From: Catajapyx aquilonaris
Lineage: Eukaryota
Direction of reading: 5' to 3'
DNA: 64,000 nucleotides
Assembly: GCA_000934665.2 (NCBI GenBank)
Contig: JYFJ02001888.1
Location: 1 to 64,000, forward strand
The translations under genes were made by a program, and so were the position numbers. Of this stretch, positions 9,901 through 24,900 are shown one piece after another. Under the pieces are notes generated by a model. That model saw only the letters and a list, made by a program, of their open reading frames with translations, was not told the DNA's origin and did no database searches. The first letter of the stretch is position 1; each line of letters opens with the position of its first letter.

Positions 9901-12900
9901 CTATGAGGTAAATTTGAAATAATTTCCTTATACCGGCTAATCCTAAAGATTGAAAGCAGGATCTCAAAGATTCAAAATATGAATCAGCCATATCTCAATA
10001 TTGCCCAAACATGCCACATACCTATTTCCTGACCTGCATACTGCTTATTCAACAAGCCCAATATGCAACGTGGCATTTTGCAAACCGAATTCAGAAACTC
10101 CTGCCCCTATAATGCCCCATGAATTTATCATGACCGAATTACAATGTTCGACTATACACAAGCCATATATCGACAGAACTGTCTCCTGGAGATCTATTCA
10201 TGGAGATATCTTCAATTAATCGCCCATCACTGACCAGCCAATTATACCAAATGTTACTACATTTTGATTGAGTTTTAAAAATATAGTGCAAGATGTTATT
10301 TTCCAAGAAACTGATGGGGGTTGGGGGGGAGGAGAGGACAGGACTAGTCTCCCCCTCTTCTTGGGATGGTGGATCGATAGCCCCAACCCCAGGGAAGCAA
10401 ATGGGGTCGACTCAGGAGGTCACTTCCTACTCGCCTATCCAACACCAACCATGCGTAAGAGCAAGGACAAGGAGAGCATGCTAATTAAAAGGCGTGGGGG
10501 GTCAACTTTCCAGGCCGCTAGATGGCGGAAGGCTCGTTAGCAAGTGTTGTCTGACGGCTGCAGATGGAGGCACGTGCCAGGTCGTTACCCAGTAGATGGA
10601 GGCACGTGTTATTGGATCCGCCGTACAACAATAAAAACCCGAAACAATACAGCTAGAAGCATAAATGCAAATTCAGGTCGTGAAATAACATGCTCGAAAA
10701 GTATGAATAAAAACGACAAATTTCGATTAATCGCAAGTCGTCAAAACATCGGTACTGTAAAAATGTCAACATTCCCAGTTTACTATCATATCATTCTTTC
10801 CACACTTTTTTCTCTCTATCTGATACAATGACGCTCGCGGTATTGCAAAACTTGAGCGCCAAAATTATTCAACTGCCGCCTCGCCAAAATTCAATAGCTT
10901 CTGTCTCTAATAATAGATAGATGGAGTCTAATTTTAAGCATTATTTTCCGATTTTGATGCAAAAATCGGAAGTCGGGTTTGCATGCAAAGATGTATCGAT
11001 CTTGCAGAACTTTTGACGCTATTCGCTGGAAATTCAAAGAATCTGAGGACACGGCATAAAATTTTCCCTGCCGGAATCATGCTGCTGAGGCCATTTTGGT
11101 TGCCGCACTAACAATAAGTATCGTTGAAAGGAATGGAATAGGGTGTTGTAACACGTCCATATAAAAATATAGGTGATTGTGCCAAAATCCTACAAACCCA
11201 AAAATCTCATCCTTAAAAAAAAAAGAACTGGCGAGGTTAATTTTGAAGTTAGCGCTGCGTTGCCCTCGGGCCCTGTAAAAACCCGTCGGCCATTTTCGAT
11301 AAGGGGACACGAGGCACTTGGCGTAGCAATTCCCGCGCTTGAGGAGCAAGTAGGAAAACGGCGGATTACGAGGCTTGATATCCTCGCGATTCCAGGATGG
11401 TATGGGGGGGACTGGGGAGGAGGGGAGGGAAGGAGGGGGGGAGAAAATTTTTTATGGTTCCGAACGGAACATCATTAGCCTCTTCTCTTGATGGCTAGAT
11501 CTCGTTTTCAAGGGAGGAGAGGGGGGGGGGGGGGTAACACGGGGGGCGATATGGGCTTCATACTGGAGGACTGCCAATGGTCCAACAGGGGACCATTCCT
11601 TTCTAGGCATGCTTTTCAAACGGGACAACATTTTTTTTTCAGACGATTCTGCACACCTTGCGTCGGATACATCGATTTACGACATGACTTTCGGGCTTAA
11701 CTAGGACACTGCAGGCTCATATACCGAGAGACGAGCCAGGGAGTGGAGATTAATCAAAATCGCGCTTAACAATAGCGCTTAAAATGAGCAGTTCCTCTAA
11801 AATCGCGCTTAAAATGATGTTATTTTCCAATCACGTTTAAACGTCGCAGTTGTTTTTTAATCGCGCTTAAATAAGCAGTTATTTTCCAGTCGCGTTAAAA
11901 ATAGCAGTTCTTTTCTAATAAAGTTTAAAGGGTTAAAGCTAGCGGTTATTTTCAAAACGCGCTCAACAATAGCGTTTAAATTGGCCGTTCTTCCCGAATC
12001 AAGCGTAAAACGAGCAGTTATTATCCAATCACCTTTAAATGTAGCAGTTCTGTTACAATCGCGTTTCAAACTAGCGGTTATTCTCAAATCGCGCTTAATG
12101 ATAGCGGTATTTTCCAATCACGTTAAAATAGCAGTTATTTTCCAATAACGCTTAAAACTAGAAGTTATCTTCAAACTGCGCTTAATAACCGCGTTCTTTA
12201 TAAGCCGTTATTTCCGAATAGTGCTTAAAATGAGAGGTAATTTTCCAGTCACATTTAAACGTAGCAGTTATTTTCTAATCGCGTTTAAAACTAGCGGTTA
12301 TTCTTAAATCGCGCTTAATAATAGCGTTTAAATGAGCCATTATTTCCGAATCGCGTTTAAAACGAGCAGTTATTTTCCAGTCGTGTTTAAAAGTAGCAGT
12401 TCGTTTATAATCGCGCTTAAAACTAGCAGCAATTCTCAAACAGCGCTTAAGATAAAAAACTGCTACTTATATCAGCGATTTCCCCTTAAGCGCTTTTTTT
12501 TGCAGGATTGGCGACAAAATAGGAGTCGTTTTGTAACATTGCGATTCTGGCCGCTACATAGCGCCATTTTGAAGATACAGCAGTGCCATTGCTCGCTGAT
12601 GGTCTGCTTTAGAGCGGCTTCTAAGCAGTGGCAATCCCCGACACTTGCAACTTGGGGGGTGCATTGTGGCGGAATATTAATGCGGGTTTAACCGGAGGAA
12701 GATCCCATGGTATTTGCGCGAATAATCCTGCGACAAAACACCTCCTCCATCCTCCCCCTTCCCTCCCCAAGCTAGAAAGACAAGGAGTGGGACAATTTTG
12801 CGGAAGATGTAGCCGTGTCCGTGGACTTAGGGTATGAATACCTGTCGCTGGGGAAACACAGGGAGGTGAAGGGTTCTTTGTTGCCGGTGTGATTCATGGG

Positions 12901-15900
12901 TTTTGACGACGTATAATGAGCCGGTGAGTCGCCATGTTTGGGCTTTCTTGCTGGGAAGGTTGACGGGTCAGAATAGTTTGGCCACGAGTGTAGATAAGGT
13001 GTATGGGGGTGAATTTGGAGGGTGATTAGGACGTAATTGCTGGTTTTGGACACCCCATTTAATGGGGGAAGATATGGCTGCCACTGTAGTATTATTTGGT
13101 CCGGATCAGCCCGCAACTACTACCCCAGCCTTATGGAGACCCCCGTTGGAAGCGCGGGTGTAGTTGACAAGTGTGTTCGGAAAAATACACCGACTGTATC
13201 TATTGTCCATGTTCGTGTTTCTCTGACTTCCGCAATTTTTCATGCCAAACATTCGCAACAGTCTAACCACCAACTACAACTACATGTTAGGTCACGATTT
13301 GACCTTTAGGGGCTGCAAATGCCTAGAATATGAAAATTGCATGGGTTGAGAGCCCACAGAGGGGAGGCTCTTTCACCTATTAAAAATTTACATCGCAAAT
13401 GTGCATTTTGGTCCCATGTTTGGAAAAAGTTTTAGAGAGCTCCGCTTCAATCCTGAACACCCACCATCATCCTCTGGCTATATACTCCCCTGTAAAAGCA
13501 GGCGGTAAATCGTTATGGAGAACTGCATGATTTACAAGCAAACTATCCTCTTATGAACCTAGTTGTACTAACTCGATTTTTAACCCACAGCAACCTCCGG
13601 GGTGATTTATTCTCATGAAGTCACTAGACTGCACAAAAATCGTAAAAATCGAGTCAAGTGGCAGCCAAGTGATGTTCACTCCTTCAGCACAACAACCGGC
13701 ACCACCATAATTTAATCGTCGAGAAAAAAAAGACCAAGATTACAGTCCAACACTTCAAACGATCTTCGGACCAAAAAAAAAAATGGCCGACTTGGACCAT
13801 CTCCCATTTTTTGGGGGGTCTGGCTAGCAAATAGCGTCTTTCTTACACCTCTGTCTTTTGTTCTGGGCTGTCCGAAAAAAGCGACAAAGACAAAACCTTG
13901 TGGAACCATGAATCGAAGGAGAAAATCCATTCTAGGACAAGATTCGATTAGGAGTTTGGATATTGTCTCCTTCCAGCAGCATCCTTCTGGAGCGAGATTA
14001 GCTGCACCTAAGGCGACAGTCCAGAGTCAGTCGATAGCTTTCATACTACCTGGATTTACCATGGTTTCGAATTCGATTTTGGTTTGAAATTGTGTGTGTT
14101 AAAGATTGGCGAACACCGGATATTGCAGTATGATAAGCCAATTTCACACCCGACAAAATATAGGTTTTCTATACTGCCCCTTCTGTCACCTGTGCAACAC
14201 CTAGGGGTCAACAGCTCTGTTTACACCTCACAAAATATTAAACGTATACACCCCTCGGTGGGGCAGTTCAAACATGCATAAATAACAATATTTGAAGAAG
14301 CTTTCTCAACGGGTGAGAAAATCTACACATTGGAGGCGATGCAATTACCATTGATGCCGGACCTTGAGACTATACATTTCTTCCCGCCCACTTCAGGCAC
14401 CCTATACATGCAATACAAGCAACACCCAACAAGCACTCAAGGACTTGTTTACTTTCCTTCTTCAACCGGTCCGTAGGGATGAAATACGTAATAAGGGCAC
14501 GGCCTGACCCCTAAACTACAACCTGTCAAGGCGGGCAACGCCTCTCATGACTTTGACATAGACCTTTGGTAGAAGACCGGTACCGCACCCATATCTTCAT
14601 CCTAAAATTTGCTGAAAAAAAACTACATATCTGAATGCGACCCACGCCGGATCACCCACAGCGATAACCGAGGGCGATATGACGTGAACCGTACATAAAC
14701 ACACCACAAGCTGTATGCATAGCGATACGTTGTCTCCAAAACCTTTCGGCCCAGTTTTAGGCTTCCATGGAGCAGCCGACCGAAATTGTTAGTCGCGTTA
14801 TCTCCGCGTAAACCCTTGCCAACGCTTCCTGAGCTAATGCTTACTAATACGCCAATTAGGTGTTATCAAAGATGGTTGTTCAAGTGGCTTGGCTCATTAC
14901 GGCCGACTTTGTATGCGAGGCAGTAGGGATAGGATGGGAGGGAGAGGCAAGGGCTGATGCTAGGAGAGAACGTGGCTCTCTTTACTTACCAACTTTCACA
15001 ACGCTCCACTAGAAAGTTGCCCTTTATATATGGTGGCCATATTCGATGAAATTGTAAGAGTTATTGGCCAAATATGGCTCTTAATAATTTATGAGATGGT
15101 CGTGTTTTGGGGGTCCGACTTATGAACAGTGTCGAAAGCACAATCTACTTATACATTTTATAAATTTTTTTTAAATAGTAAAGTGATCAATGGCTGAAAG
15201 TAAAATCAGAGTATGTCAGATAACTATTCATGAAAGCCACAGTGGGTGCAAAAATATTTTGGCCACATAATTTATTTTTTCCTTGCGACTTCCCGGGCTA
15301 TAACCGCAGTTCCTGTAGGCCTTGATTTTTCTAATTGGAACTGCACTGCGGTTTTTCAGATCTCCAACGATTGGTTGATACCATTATAGTGTATACTGTA
15401 AGTCTGAAGTTTTTTTTTTCTTCTCACCCCTACCTCCTTCAGGGACTTTTATCGGTTTCGTGCATTTTAAAAGGTACGAGTTCTTGAGCGATTATGTCAA
15501 ACTTTGTGCATTTACGGGTTAATTTATTTTGGGCGCCCTGAAAATTTACGAGGCTATAATTTTCAGTTTTAGTTTACTGTGTAGTCCCACAACGACGCAT
15601 TATAGAAAGGCAATTCCAACGAGGTCAACATTACAGCTACACACTAAATTTTAATGATTACGACTTCATTTCGACCCTATATGAATTTATGCTTTCCAGT
15701 AATTGAGCTATCCATTTCGGTTATTTTAAGCAGCTACTTTTTGACTGATAGCCACCAACCGGAAACAGCTAATCTGCATACCCAGCAATATTCTAGCACC
15801 CAGCAACATCAGATAAACAATAACTATTTACCCTCCTCATTAGTGTAAACCAATGTTGTTTGCACCCTACTTTTCTACTGGTTTACGCCTATTTATCTCC

Positions 15901-18900
15901 GGTCCTTGAATTAATCCGGGGCACCACTTCGGACCACTAATAATCACCGGGCAAATGCGTGATGGGAAAAGCCACATTTTTGCTCGTTCTCTTTTTCAGC
16001 CCTGACTCAATGGGACGGGAGAGGGCTTTTCCGCCCATGAACAATGGAGACCTGTCGCTATGCATTTCGACGTTTTGTGCAGTCACACGTGTTCACGTAA
16101 CTCTATCCACTGCCAATTGATGGCCTTTTGTTGTCAAGCTTGGCTATTTTGAGTGATTCTGCGCATGTGCAATGAGGCCTTCGAGCGATGTACATGAAGA
16201 TGTTAATTAGAGCATATATGGTGTGGTGTTCAATTCGACTTAATACGTATGGGCATAACTGTAAATTTAACTCTCACTATTGAAACCACATTTTACGACC
16301 ATAAAAAAACGGTTAAAATTTGTTTAAAAATGAGGACATTTCCCCTAATATATAAAACAGTCCAATTAGCGCTAATCGCCCAATTATACAGACTATTCAA
16401 ATAATTTTGGCGGCCTCATCAGTTGACCACACCACAGCACACAAGTGTGTACCTGCCCAACCATGTCTTTGGCGAACCACGATGGGATTACTTTTAATCC
16501 TCTCTGTCATTGGCCGTCAACATATCAAAAGTTTGAGCGTCGCGACCTTTAAGCTTATATGGATAGTGGGAAATCGATAGGCATCACCTAAGTTATATGT
16601 ACCGCTAGTACGGGCCTATCACAACTCACTGTTCTTGGAAGATGCTGACGTCAGAAAGCTTGTTTAGCCAGTGAACCAGCCAGGCTGTGGTATATATCTT
16701 TGCTGAATAACTTTGGGGAGTCTCAGCCTGCTGCTGTGCATAGTTTGGCAAAGTAGGACGGCGCAACATGGCAGAAATATGGTCGGGTTCAAAATCTTGC
16801 GCCTTGACAATATTTGGAATTCTTCAGGGGTCGGTAGTTGAACCTGTTATTGCTTCGGATCATAATGAATCGGAGTCGGAATGTTGGGCATAAACCATAC
16901 AGACCTCATCCAAATTACAGATTGTCTTTGAGTGACATTTTACTTATGGTATATATCCGCTGACAAATTATCATTCCTCTTGTTAATTCATCACTACTTG
17001 CACCGAGTATAGCATGTAAGTAAGAAGCGAATCCATCATGCCTATATTTCGGGGACACCCAAACTTCAGGTAACGAAGGCCCGGATTTCTCTCAGCTTCT
17101 TGCCAGTTGCGAAACTCGACTCATTATAGTTTCCCCCGTGTAACTGAAGGCGGTAGACTTTGAGAGAACTGTGTCGTATTTCAGAATCAAGAGTCAAGTT
17201 GCTATGCTGCTGTCCCAACGGCTCTGCAACTCTGATGAGATGTTTATGCAGCTCTGACTGCACCTGAAGCGCATGATAGTTAGCCTGGTAGAGGTGGATT
17301 GGGTGAGTGATAAGGAAGCTTTCCACAGATGGACAAGCCCGATTGATATACAGAGGTATGGGGACAATGAGGAGAATTCTTATGGCAACTCACCGTTTCA
17401 ACCTTCTAATACTTGAAGAAGAAACGGAAAGTGTGATGCGATCGTTACGTTTCTTTAAATGGCGACACGATAGAAAGACCTCATCACACACCCAGTTAGT
17501 TCTCTTCCAAAGCAGGCTTTGGACGCAACTTTTAACAATTAAAACGAGCCTTCTGAAGCTCTCTCCTCGGCAATGTTCTCGTAACGTCTTGCCTTCCAAG
17601 TAGCCCCACGAATACCTGAAGGTATCGATTTCGAAACTATCCTTGATCCTCCATCACCCTCTCCAGCTTTACATTTGACCGATTAAAGCAATTACACTTC
17701 TCTCGCTCTCTCTGCAGGCAGCATTGTCTTTCCTTCTGCCTCCTCCTTTAATGAGACGTGTATCTAAACGGATGCGGCCCATTTCCCTGCTGTAAGAGGA
17801 CTACTCTAGTCGATAGTATCGTGATGGACTGCGACAGGTCTCGCCATCTTGAGGGAGCCTGTTCCTCTTAGAAGCGGCCAGCAAATGTCGTCGGAATTGG
17901 ACTGAATCGGGACACTGACGACGACACCGAGGCCAGCCCCTGCTGACAGCCAGGATTAAGAAATACCGATTCAGCTCCCAGGGCAGCCCCATTGTGTTTG
18001 GGAGGATATCGCTCCTGGGAACACCCAGTCAGTTGCCGTGGAGCAGAAGACACTGTCACGTTGCTGCCTTGTTGTATATCCCTATAGGATTCGAAAGGGG
18101 GGAAAGGAAAGGGGTGGTCTAAAAGTCAATAACGACCGACGACGACGACGACGACGAAGAGGAAACTAGCCCATGAATATTAGATGCAGAGGCTGAATTT
18201 TGCCCACGTGTAAGACGTGCCGAATTATCTCTTGGGTAATTCCTATCCCTTGGTGTGGAGTTGCACCCATGGGCATAAGTATAACCTAATTTTAGGAAAA
18301 TGACGAGCTCGGTTTTAAACCATGATAAAAAAAATTGACTCTAACAAGCGTGATGGTAGCTGCTGATGGGTGTTTACATTTTGATTCATAGTTGTAGTTA
18401 CACGCTAAGAGTTTCTGCCTCCAAAGTGGCTCTGCGCATGTTCGCAAAAATTGTAGACTTGGAAGTACATATTTAGCCTCCTGGGGCAGAAACTCCCTAT
18501 AGAGATACAGTACGTTATAACTCATCCTTATTCATCTATACTTAACCACAACTATACTCAACCCGACAAGTTACAAGAGCTGCACTGCTACAAATTCTCC
18601 GTCCTTTGCTTCACCTTTGCACTACATACGTCTGACGTCATACTTACTTAGCTTCTTAATAAGAAATGAATCCAGCACCTCAGCCCTCTTAACACTAACC
18701 ACGCATTAAGAGGACCATCTAAAGCACGAATAATTCAACGAAGGCACTACGATATATGCTTTGAGAGCAATGTGCGCATACAGTCTGTAAAAGAAACTTC
18801 TGGGCGCCCCCTTTTTTTTATAGGTTATAAAGACGTGGCCGAATCTGCTGGAAGTAAAGTTTTCCAGCAAGTACGATGAATAATGGTGATGTTTGTGGAT

Positions 18901-21900
18901 AAAAATTCTTCTCCGGAAAGAATTTCTGACGCCCGGTTTTCTGGAAGAGTAATGGATTTTTTTCCCCCTTAGCAACAAACCCCGGTGCGAAGTTGCAGAT
19001 ACGGAGACAAATTTCGACGCGGGATATAGAAAAACGAGCATTGTTGACGGGTAAGGTGTCTCTCTTATTCGTTCTCACAAAAAAAAAAGTGATGATATTC
19101 ATAACAACTCTTACCTTTGCAGGGACAGAATCCCTTGCAGGAGATCTTGACTTCGGAGTGATGGATACAGTTGTGGTAGTCCAGTCGGCACATGGAGCTG
19201 TACGTTCGGTTATCGGTACCGCACAGGAACGTTGGCTTCACGACAGGACACGGCGTGCACTGTCTGCGAAAGGACAAGGTACGGGTATAAATAAGTCAGC
19301 TCGTGTGAATCCAGCTCCTGTTAATAATAGACACTTTGAGAACATGACTTCGCAGTGCTTGCACAACAATCGAATAACGTATATTGAATTTCTGTCGCTC
19401 CATAGAGTGCTAATATTACTGCAAAGGCAAATATTATATGTTAGCACAGTGCAGAGTACATGTGATTTCTATACTCTCTCAAAGCTCCTGAAGTACCCGC
19501 TCAAGCTCTCACGTAGTTTCAAAGTTTCATACTGAAAACACTACACTCCATTCGTTCAATAAATACTAATCACGAATAACTATATCTTTCCCGTGGCATA
19601 TTAGAATTCTTACAGGCTCATCAGAAATCTTCAAAAATTCTGAGGTTAGAATTCATCGTAAGTATAATTTCCGAGCCCCTAGGGCCAACTTCCCCCCCCC
19701 CCCNCCCCCCCCCCCCCTACAAAAAATCCGGTAACTAATTTAATACTCTCCGGTACAACAAGGCCATTAAGATTCCCTCAGGATAATAAGCAAAAAAATT
19801 AATATATCCTCCTCCACACTTTCGGCTCTTTCCCATTCCATCCCTCTCTTTTTCCTTCCCCCAAAAAAGAAGTTGGTATTGAGTTTCAGAGAGAGCCACG
19901 TTTTCTTTGGTCCAGGAGAGAATACGGAATAAAAATAATCAAATCTGCACCGGAGATGGGGGTCTGAGAGAGAAAGAAATGCCAACGGGGGGAAGGAAGG
20001 AATCCCGGATAAAAATTCTTCCTTCAGCACACAAGAGCCTTCCTCTGTCCCATTGAATTGCCACTTGTGCTGATTGATGCTGCTTTTCCGGGCATATCCC
20101 CGCCGCTCCCGGAACACAAGACGAAGAGGACCTGTATTCCAGGAATTCTGACCTGGGATTTAATTCTTAAGGTATGGTGATGTAGGGTCGTTTTTATGTC
20201 AAAGGGACGCTGGTATTACGAATACAATTCAATGGACGTAGCAAAGTGAATAGTCATCGAACATAACAGTTGGAGACATCGCTCATAATAATATTTAAAA
20301 ATTAAACAAAAATAATTCAGACATATCTCGGTTAATTAACTTAAATTTATTAATTATTTATTATATATTTATTTAAATTAATAAACTGGCGTAACTGCGA
20401 ATTTGGCAAATAATAAATGCCAGGCGAGTCCTGCAAGCTCCTGAGACTTGGTTGGGATATGAATTATAACTGAGTGGCTCAACTATTTATATCTCCGGAT
20501 TATAATATGTGACACGGTTGACGCAGGTAAAAGACCTTTGAGTCCACCTTTGTACGTATGCCGTTTCCGTCCTGGTGGTTTTCGCAAGTATGCTAATGAG
20601 TCGCATGAATAAATCAACGCGACACGTGCTTGGCGCATTACGATTGGCTGTGCAACAACCCACTTTAATTTATGATAATTAGTGTTAGGTGGCTCCTAAA
20701 TGAGTTTTTGCCTGTGCCGCCACAGATGGTACATGCGGATATTAAGAGTTTATGATATTCAAAATGGTAGCATCTGGCAGCAGTGCTATTCAAGTGGGGT
20801 CAGCACACAGGCCTAATGGTATAAATATCGTATATGTGCAGTACACACATCATGCCAATGTACAGAGGCCAGCTCAAACATGCGGTAAGTACCTGTAATA
20901 AATGTGAACATCCATTCGGGAAAACTTGAACAAACACTAGAACAAGGAGTGAAGTGCAGCCAGATGCGAATATAATATGCAAAACATGGAGCTAAAATAG
21001 CATATGTATGCTCCAACTTTTTAATACAGTATATATAAATGTTCATGCTTGGGGAACTTTGTGAATAATATTTAATGAGGTAATGTATATAATTACTCAA
21101 GCAGCAATTTTTAGTTTGTGTCCAACAAACCCGCATTATTTTCATATACCCAACATTTGCACCTCTATTGGATCCTAGAAAAAAAAAAATACCCCGATTG
21201 CTAGAGGCAGGCTCCCCGCAATTTCAGACCGATAGACCCCTAGAATTTATGGAAAGCTGCGGTTTGACTCCGTATCAGCCGGGCGCAGATTGGATTTTGG
21301 AAAACTCTCCCCTCCCCCTCCCCCCTCCTCCCCTCTTTCGCTTTCTGGCCCTAGCTGCTGCTTTGCCAGAGAAGACTTACAGAGGGACCAGATAAAAGCA
21401 CCTTGCCTTTGGAAAACGAGGCTCTTCTCAGCTCCTGATGGAAATCGAAGGAGTGCGCATACAGTTTGTTTTCTCCTATCATGCCACCTATAGCATCCTC
21501 ATAGAGTGAGATAAAAGGGGCAAGTAAGTGACCTATTTCAATAGACTTTTGCCCATTACCTACAGTCTATATTTTTCTACCCTGTAGATAAGCCAGGAAG
21601 TATAAAACTGTCTAAAAGCGCATCGGTACACTGCAGTCAGCCTCTGGTGTACCATTACCTTATGCACCTAAGTGCACCAGGAAAGCGAATTCCCTAATGC
21701 ACTCGAGTGCATAATTTTTTTTATTGTGGTCAGTGATGGAGTATACTCAGTACAGACCTGCAGGGATTTTCAAACAAGTGCACTAGGTGGCACTATAGGT
21801 GGCTAATTTTAAAAATATAAGTAAGTTTGAAACATAGCTACAGGCTGAAACGTGGAATGGAAACACCAGTTCGGTATATTGCACATTTGTGCACAACCAA

Positions 21901-24900
21901 GTGGAAGACGAGCTAATTGGGTATACCAAGTTGAATAATACCGGTGCCTTCTCTACCAGAAATTATTTCCAAGATGGCGAACATCATAATTTATATTCAG
22001 GGGCGCAAGTGATAGCGCATGGTGGGAATTGATGAGACAATCAGGTAATGAGATTTTCGCTATCCCCATTTTTTTTTTTGCCCGAATCAGTACGATCCGG
22101 TCATGCAAACTATCACAAAAAAAATGTAATTTTCACATGAAAACATCGGTTTTGAACGTCCGGCGTATATGGTATTTTGGAATAAATTGGGATCAAAGAC
22201 AGACCCATCCACACCTCTTCTAAAGTGGAACAAAAAAAGAGGGAAGAAGACTCGTGAAAATAAACGGTCTGAAGACATCGCCCTTTTCATAAAGCAGTCT
22301 CCTTAGATAATTCGCGCCATTTCACAGGCGCCACAAAATGGTCTCCGAGACCATTTTTTCACAAATGCACTCGGGGATCCTGAAAGCAGAATTTGGACGG
22401 AATGAAAATCCCCTCATCCTTCCGACCACTTCACACAAAAAAGGAGGATCCAAACTATCCTTTAGTAATATCACCTTTCGCTACTCATGCTTCTGCAAAA
22501 AAAAAATCAGTCGATATTACTGAGTAATTGTGCTACAAAGTACTGGAAAACTATTGCATGATATATCGTAAATTTTAAATGGAAACCCCATCTATGTAAT
22601 ATCAATTATTCTTGAACAGTACATTTGCATAATTTGAATCGGGGCAAACAATTCCCAAAATCAGCAAACTCCCTCCACATTACCAAAACACCTTGCAAAT
22701 CCACCGGCTTAACTTGCTTTTTAGCCTGGCGATTCAATGTAATACTGTTACACATTCCCCGTCGGGTTCCTTGACTGTATTATCCAGATACTACAGCCGC
22801 CTAAGTATATGCAAAGCAACACAAAGGCTTTCCACTAGGCTTATCCTCTCCAACTCAACTCCTCAGGGTCTCCTTTTATCCGGATTGTCCACTTGAGGAT
22901 GCCATGTCCCCTCTCTACTTGCCAACATATCTCACCCCTAATTATCCCATACATTGGCTCACAGTTGCTGATAAAACCCGCATCGTGGCTCGTGCCCCTG
23001 TGCACAACCCTTGTAAATATTAATATCTTAGAAATGAGTCTAGATAAGGGGGATGATCCTACAATAATTTTGTCAGAAGGCAAAACCCATGCAGGGTAAA
23101 ACTTCAATATGAATATTGCACAAAGGCAGGACAGCTTTTTGGCAAAACCTCAAAGGAAATCTTTTTCACAATAACGATAATGAACTTGCCAATAAAATAA
23201 AGTTGTAAAAATCTCCTTATCATGACTTGATTTTATGGCAAGTCGTCTCTCTTAGCTTTCGGAAATCGATGACACCGTGAGATTCACTACCATAGGAAAA
23301 TATCGATATAACCAGATTATATAGGGACATGTCGTTCTTATATAAGGCCACATGCTTAGTTTTTATTTTAAAAAAACCGAAAAAAGCGCTTTAACCGAAA
23401 AGTGTCACCAACTACACTGAATGACCAAAATTCTACTAACTAAAATTCATCGCTAGATATGAACACTTTTTAGAGCATGAATTTATTCATACGAATATAT
23501 CCCTCCCGTGCAGTGGTCGGTTTTTATCCGTCGCAGCGACACTTTTTTAGTGTGTTTATAAAATAGGTAGTATAGGTTTCGGTAAGCCTGAAAAGCGAGG
23601 GCTTGCCGGTTCCGGTGACATTTTCCCCGGACAGGATTTGAAAATGGTGTCATCAGCTCTGGAAAACGCAAAATGTGCGGTTTTTTCAAAAAAAAAAAAA
23701 AGAATGCAAATTCACTGAGTCTCACCCCTCAGGCAGGTGAATACCATACTGTTGTTTCGCACATTGTGACTGCGAGTGACAGACTGCGGTTCTCATACAG
23801 CATTGTTACGACATGAATGCATCAACATAAAGTGAAGCACATCACGAATTTTGTGCTGCCATCTGCAATAGTGTGCCTTCACAATAAAAAAACATCAACA
23901 TATACAAACTGTCACATAAGTAACAATGTCAGCAACAATCTTCCTTTGTGAAGTCCTCACGAAAAAAAACTCCCTCTTTATTCGCGAAACCCCTGCCCAA
24001 GGTAATATCCGTCTTGATAGTCCTGGAATGGAGAAGAGCATTCGCCAGGAGGATTGACCCAGCAAAAGAGTCCCATCAAACAAGACCAAAATAGTGCCAG
24101 CATTTTCTCTGCAGAATAGTTCTATCCCACCCTCTCAATTCCGGGTTCCAATCTGGCTCCGAGAAGCACCAAAACCCGGATTTTCTTTTCAGGGGGACGC
24201 CGAACGAACTATTCCCAAGAGAAGAATCTTGTCGTGGTAAGTGCCACACTTACTCTTTTTTCCCTCCCCCCCTTTTTTTGGGGGTGTACCTATATACCTG
24301 GAAAGAGCGTAACATTAAAGGTACAATGGATCGAATGATTTCGCTTCAGGAAATAAACAGGATTACAGTGTTTCTTTTTGTAGCTTTTTTGCAAGGTTAT
24401 GTCATCTCCTAAAGCGACATAGATCATTTTCCATTTAGCCAACAGGCTTGTACCGTACAAGTACAGTCCATCATAAAAATACGTAATTTTCTAAAAAAAA
24501 TTAAAAAATCGGTTGACATCCGACAGAAATGTGACTTTTTAATTCTTAATGTACCTAGGCTCCTTTCACTTCCATCTTTCCGAAAGCTGTCAAATTCAAA
24601 CCTAATGTCGAGCTAGAGACAAGAGCTGCTGGAGACACACAAAAAATGGTGGATAGAAGAGAAGAGAACCATGGTAAAAAATTGCCACTGGAATCTTAAA
24701 GAGCACTCAACGTCATAACAAGATGATAAGAAGGCCCGAGGAAAAATAATGGAAGGAGGTTTGCACGTGGCAGTCTTTTACAGAATGACTCGATTCTTCC
24801 GCTTGGCCACTCATGCCACAGAAGAAAAAAAAGAGAGTAAAGAGCACAGGGACCCATCATCTTGAAAGAACAGCGTCGATGATGGGGTTTCATTATTGGA

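Noticed and set aside
11758..12450. CRISPR-like array
   Set aside because: Units are contiguous and degenerate with no unique spacers; eukaryotic context with no cas genes.
18993..19535. 180-aa plus-strand ORF
   Set aside because: Antisense shadow of the Cow Kazal exon; no independent coding signal.
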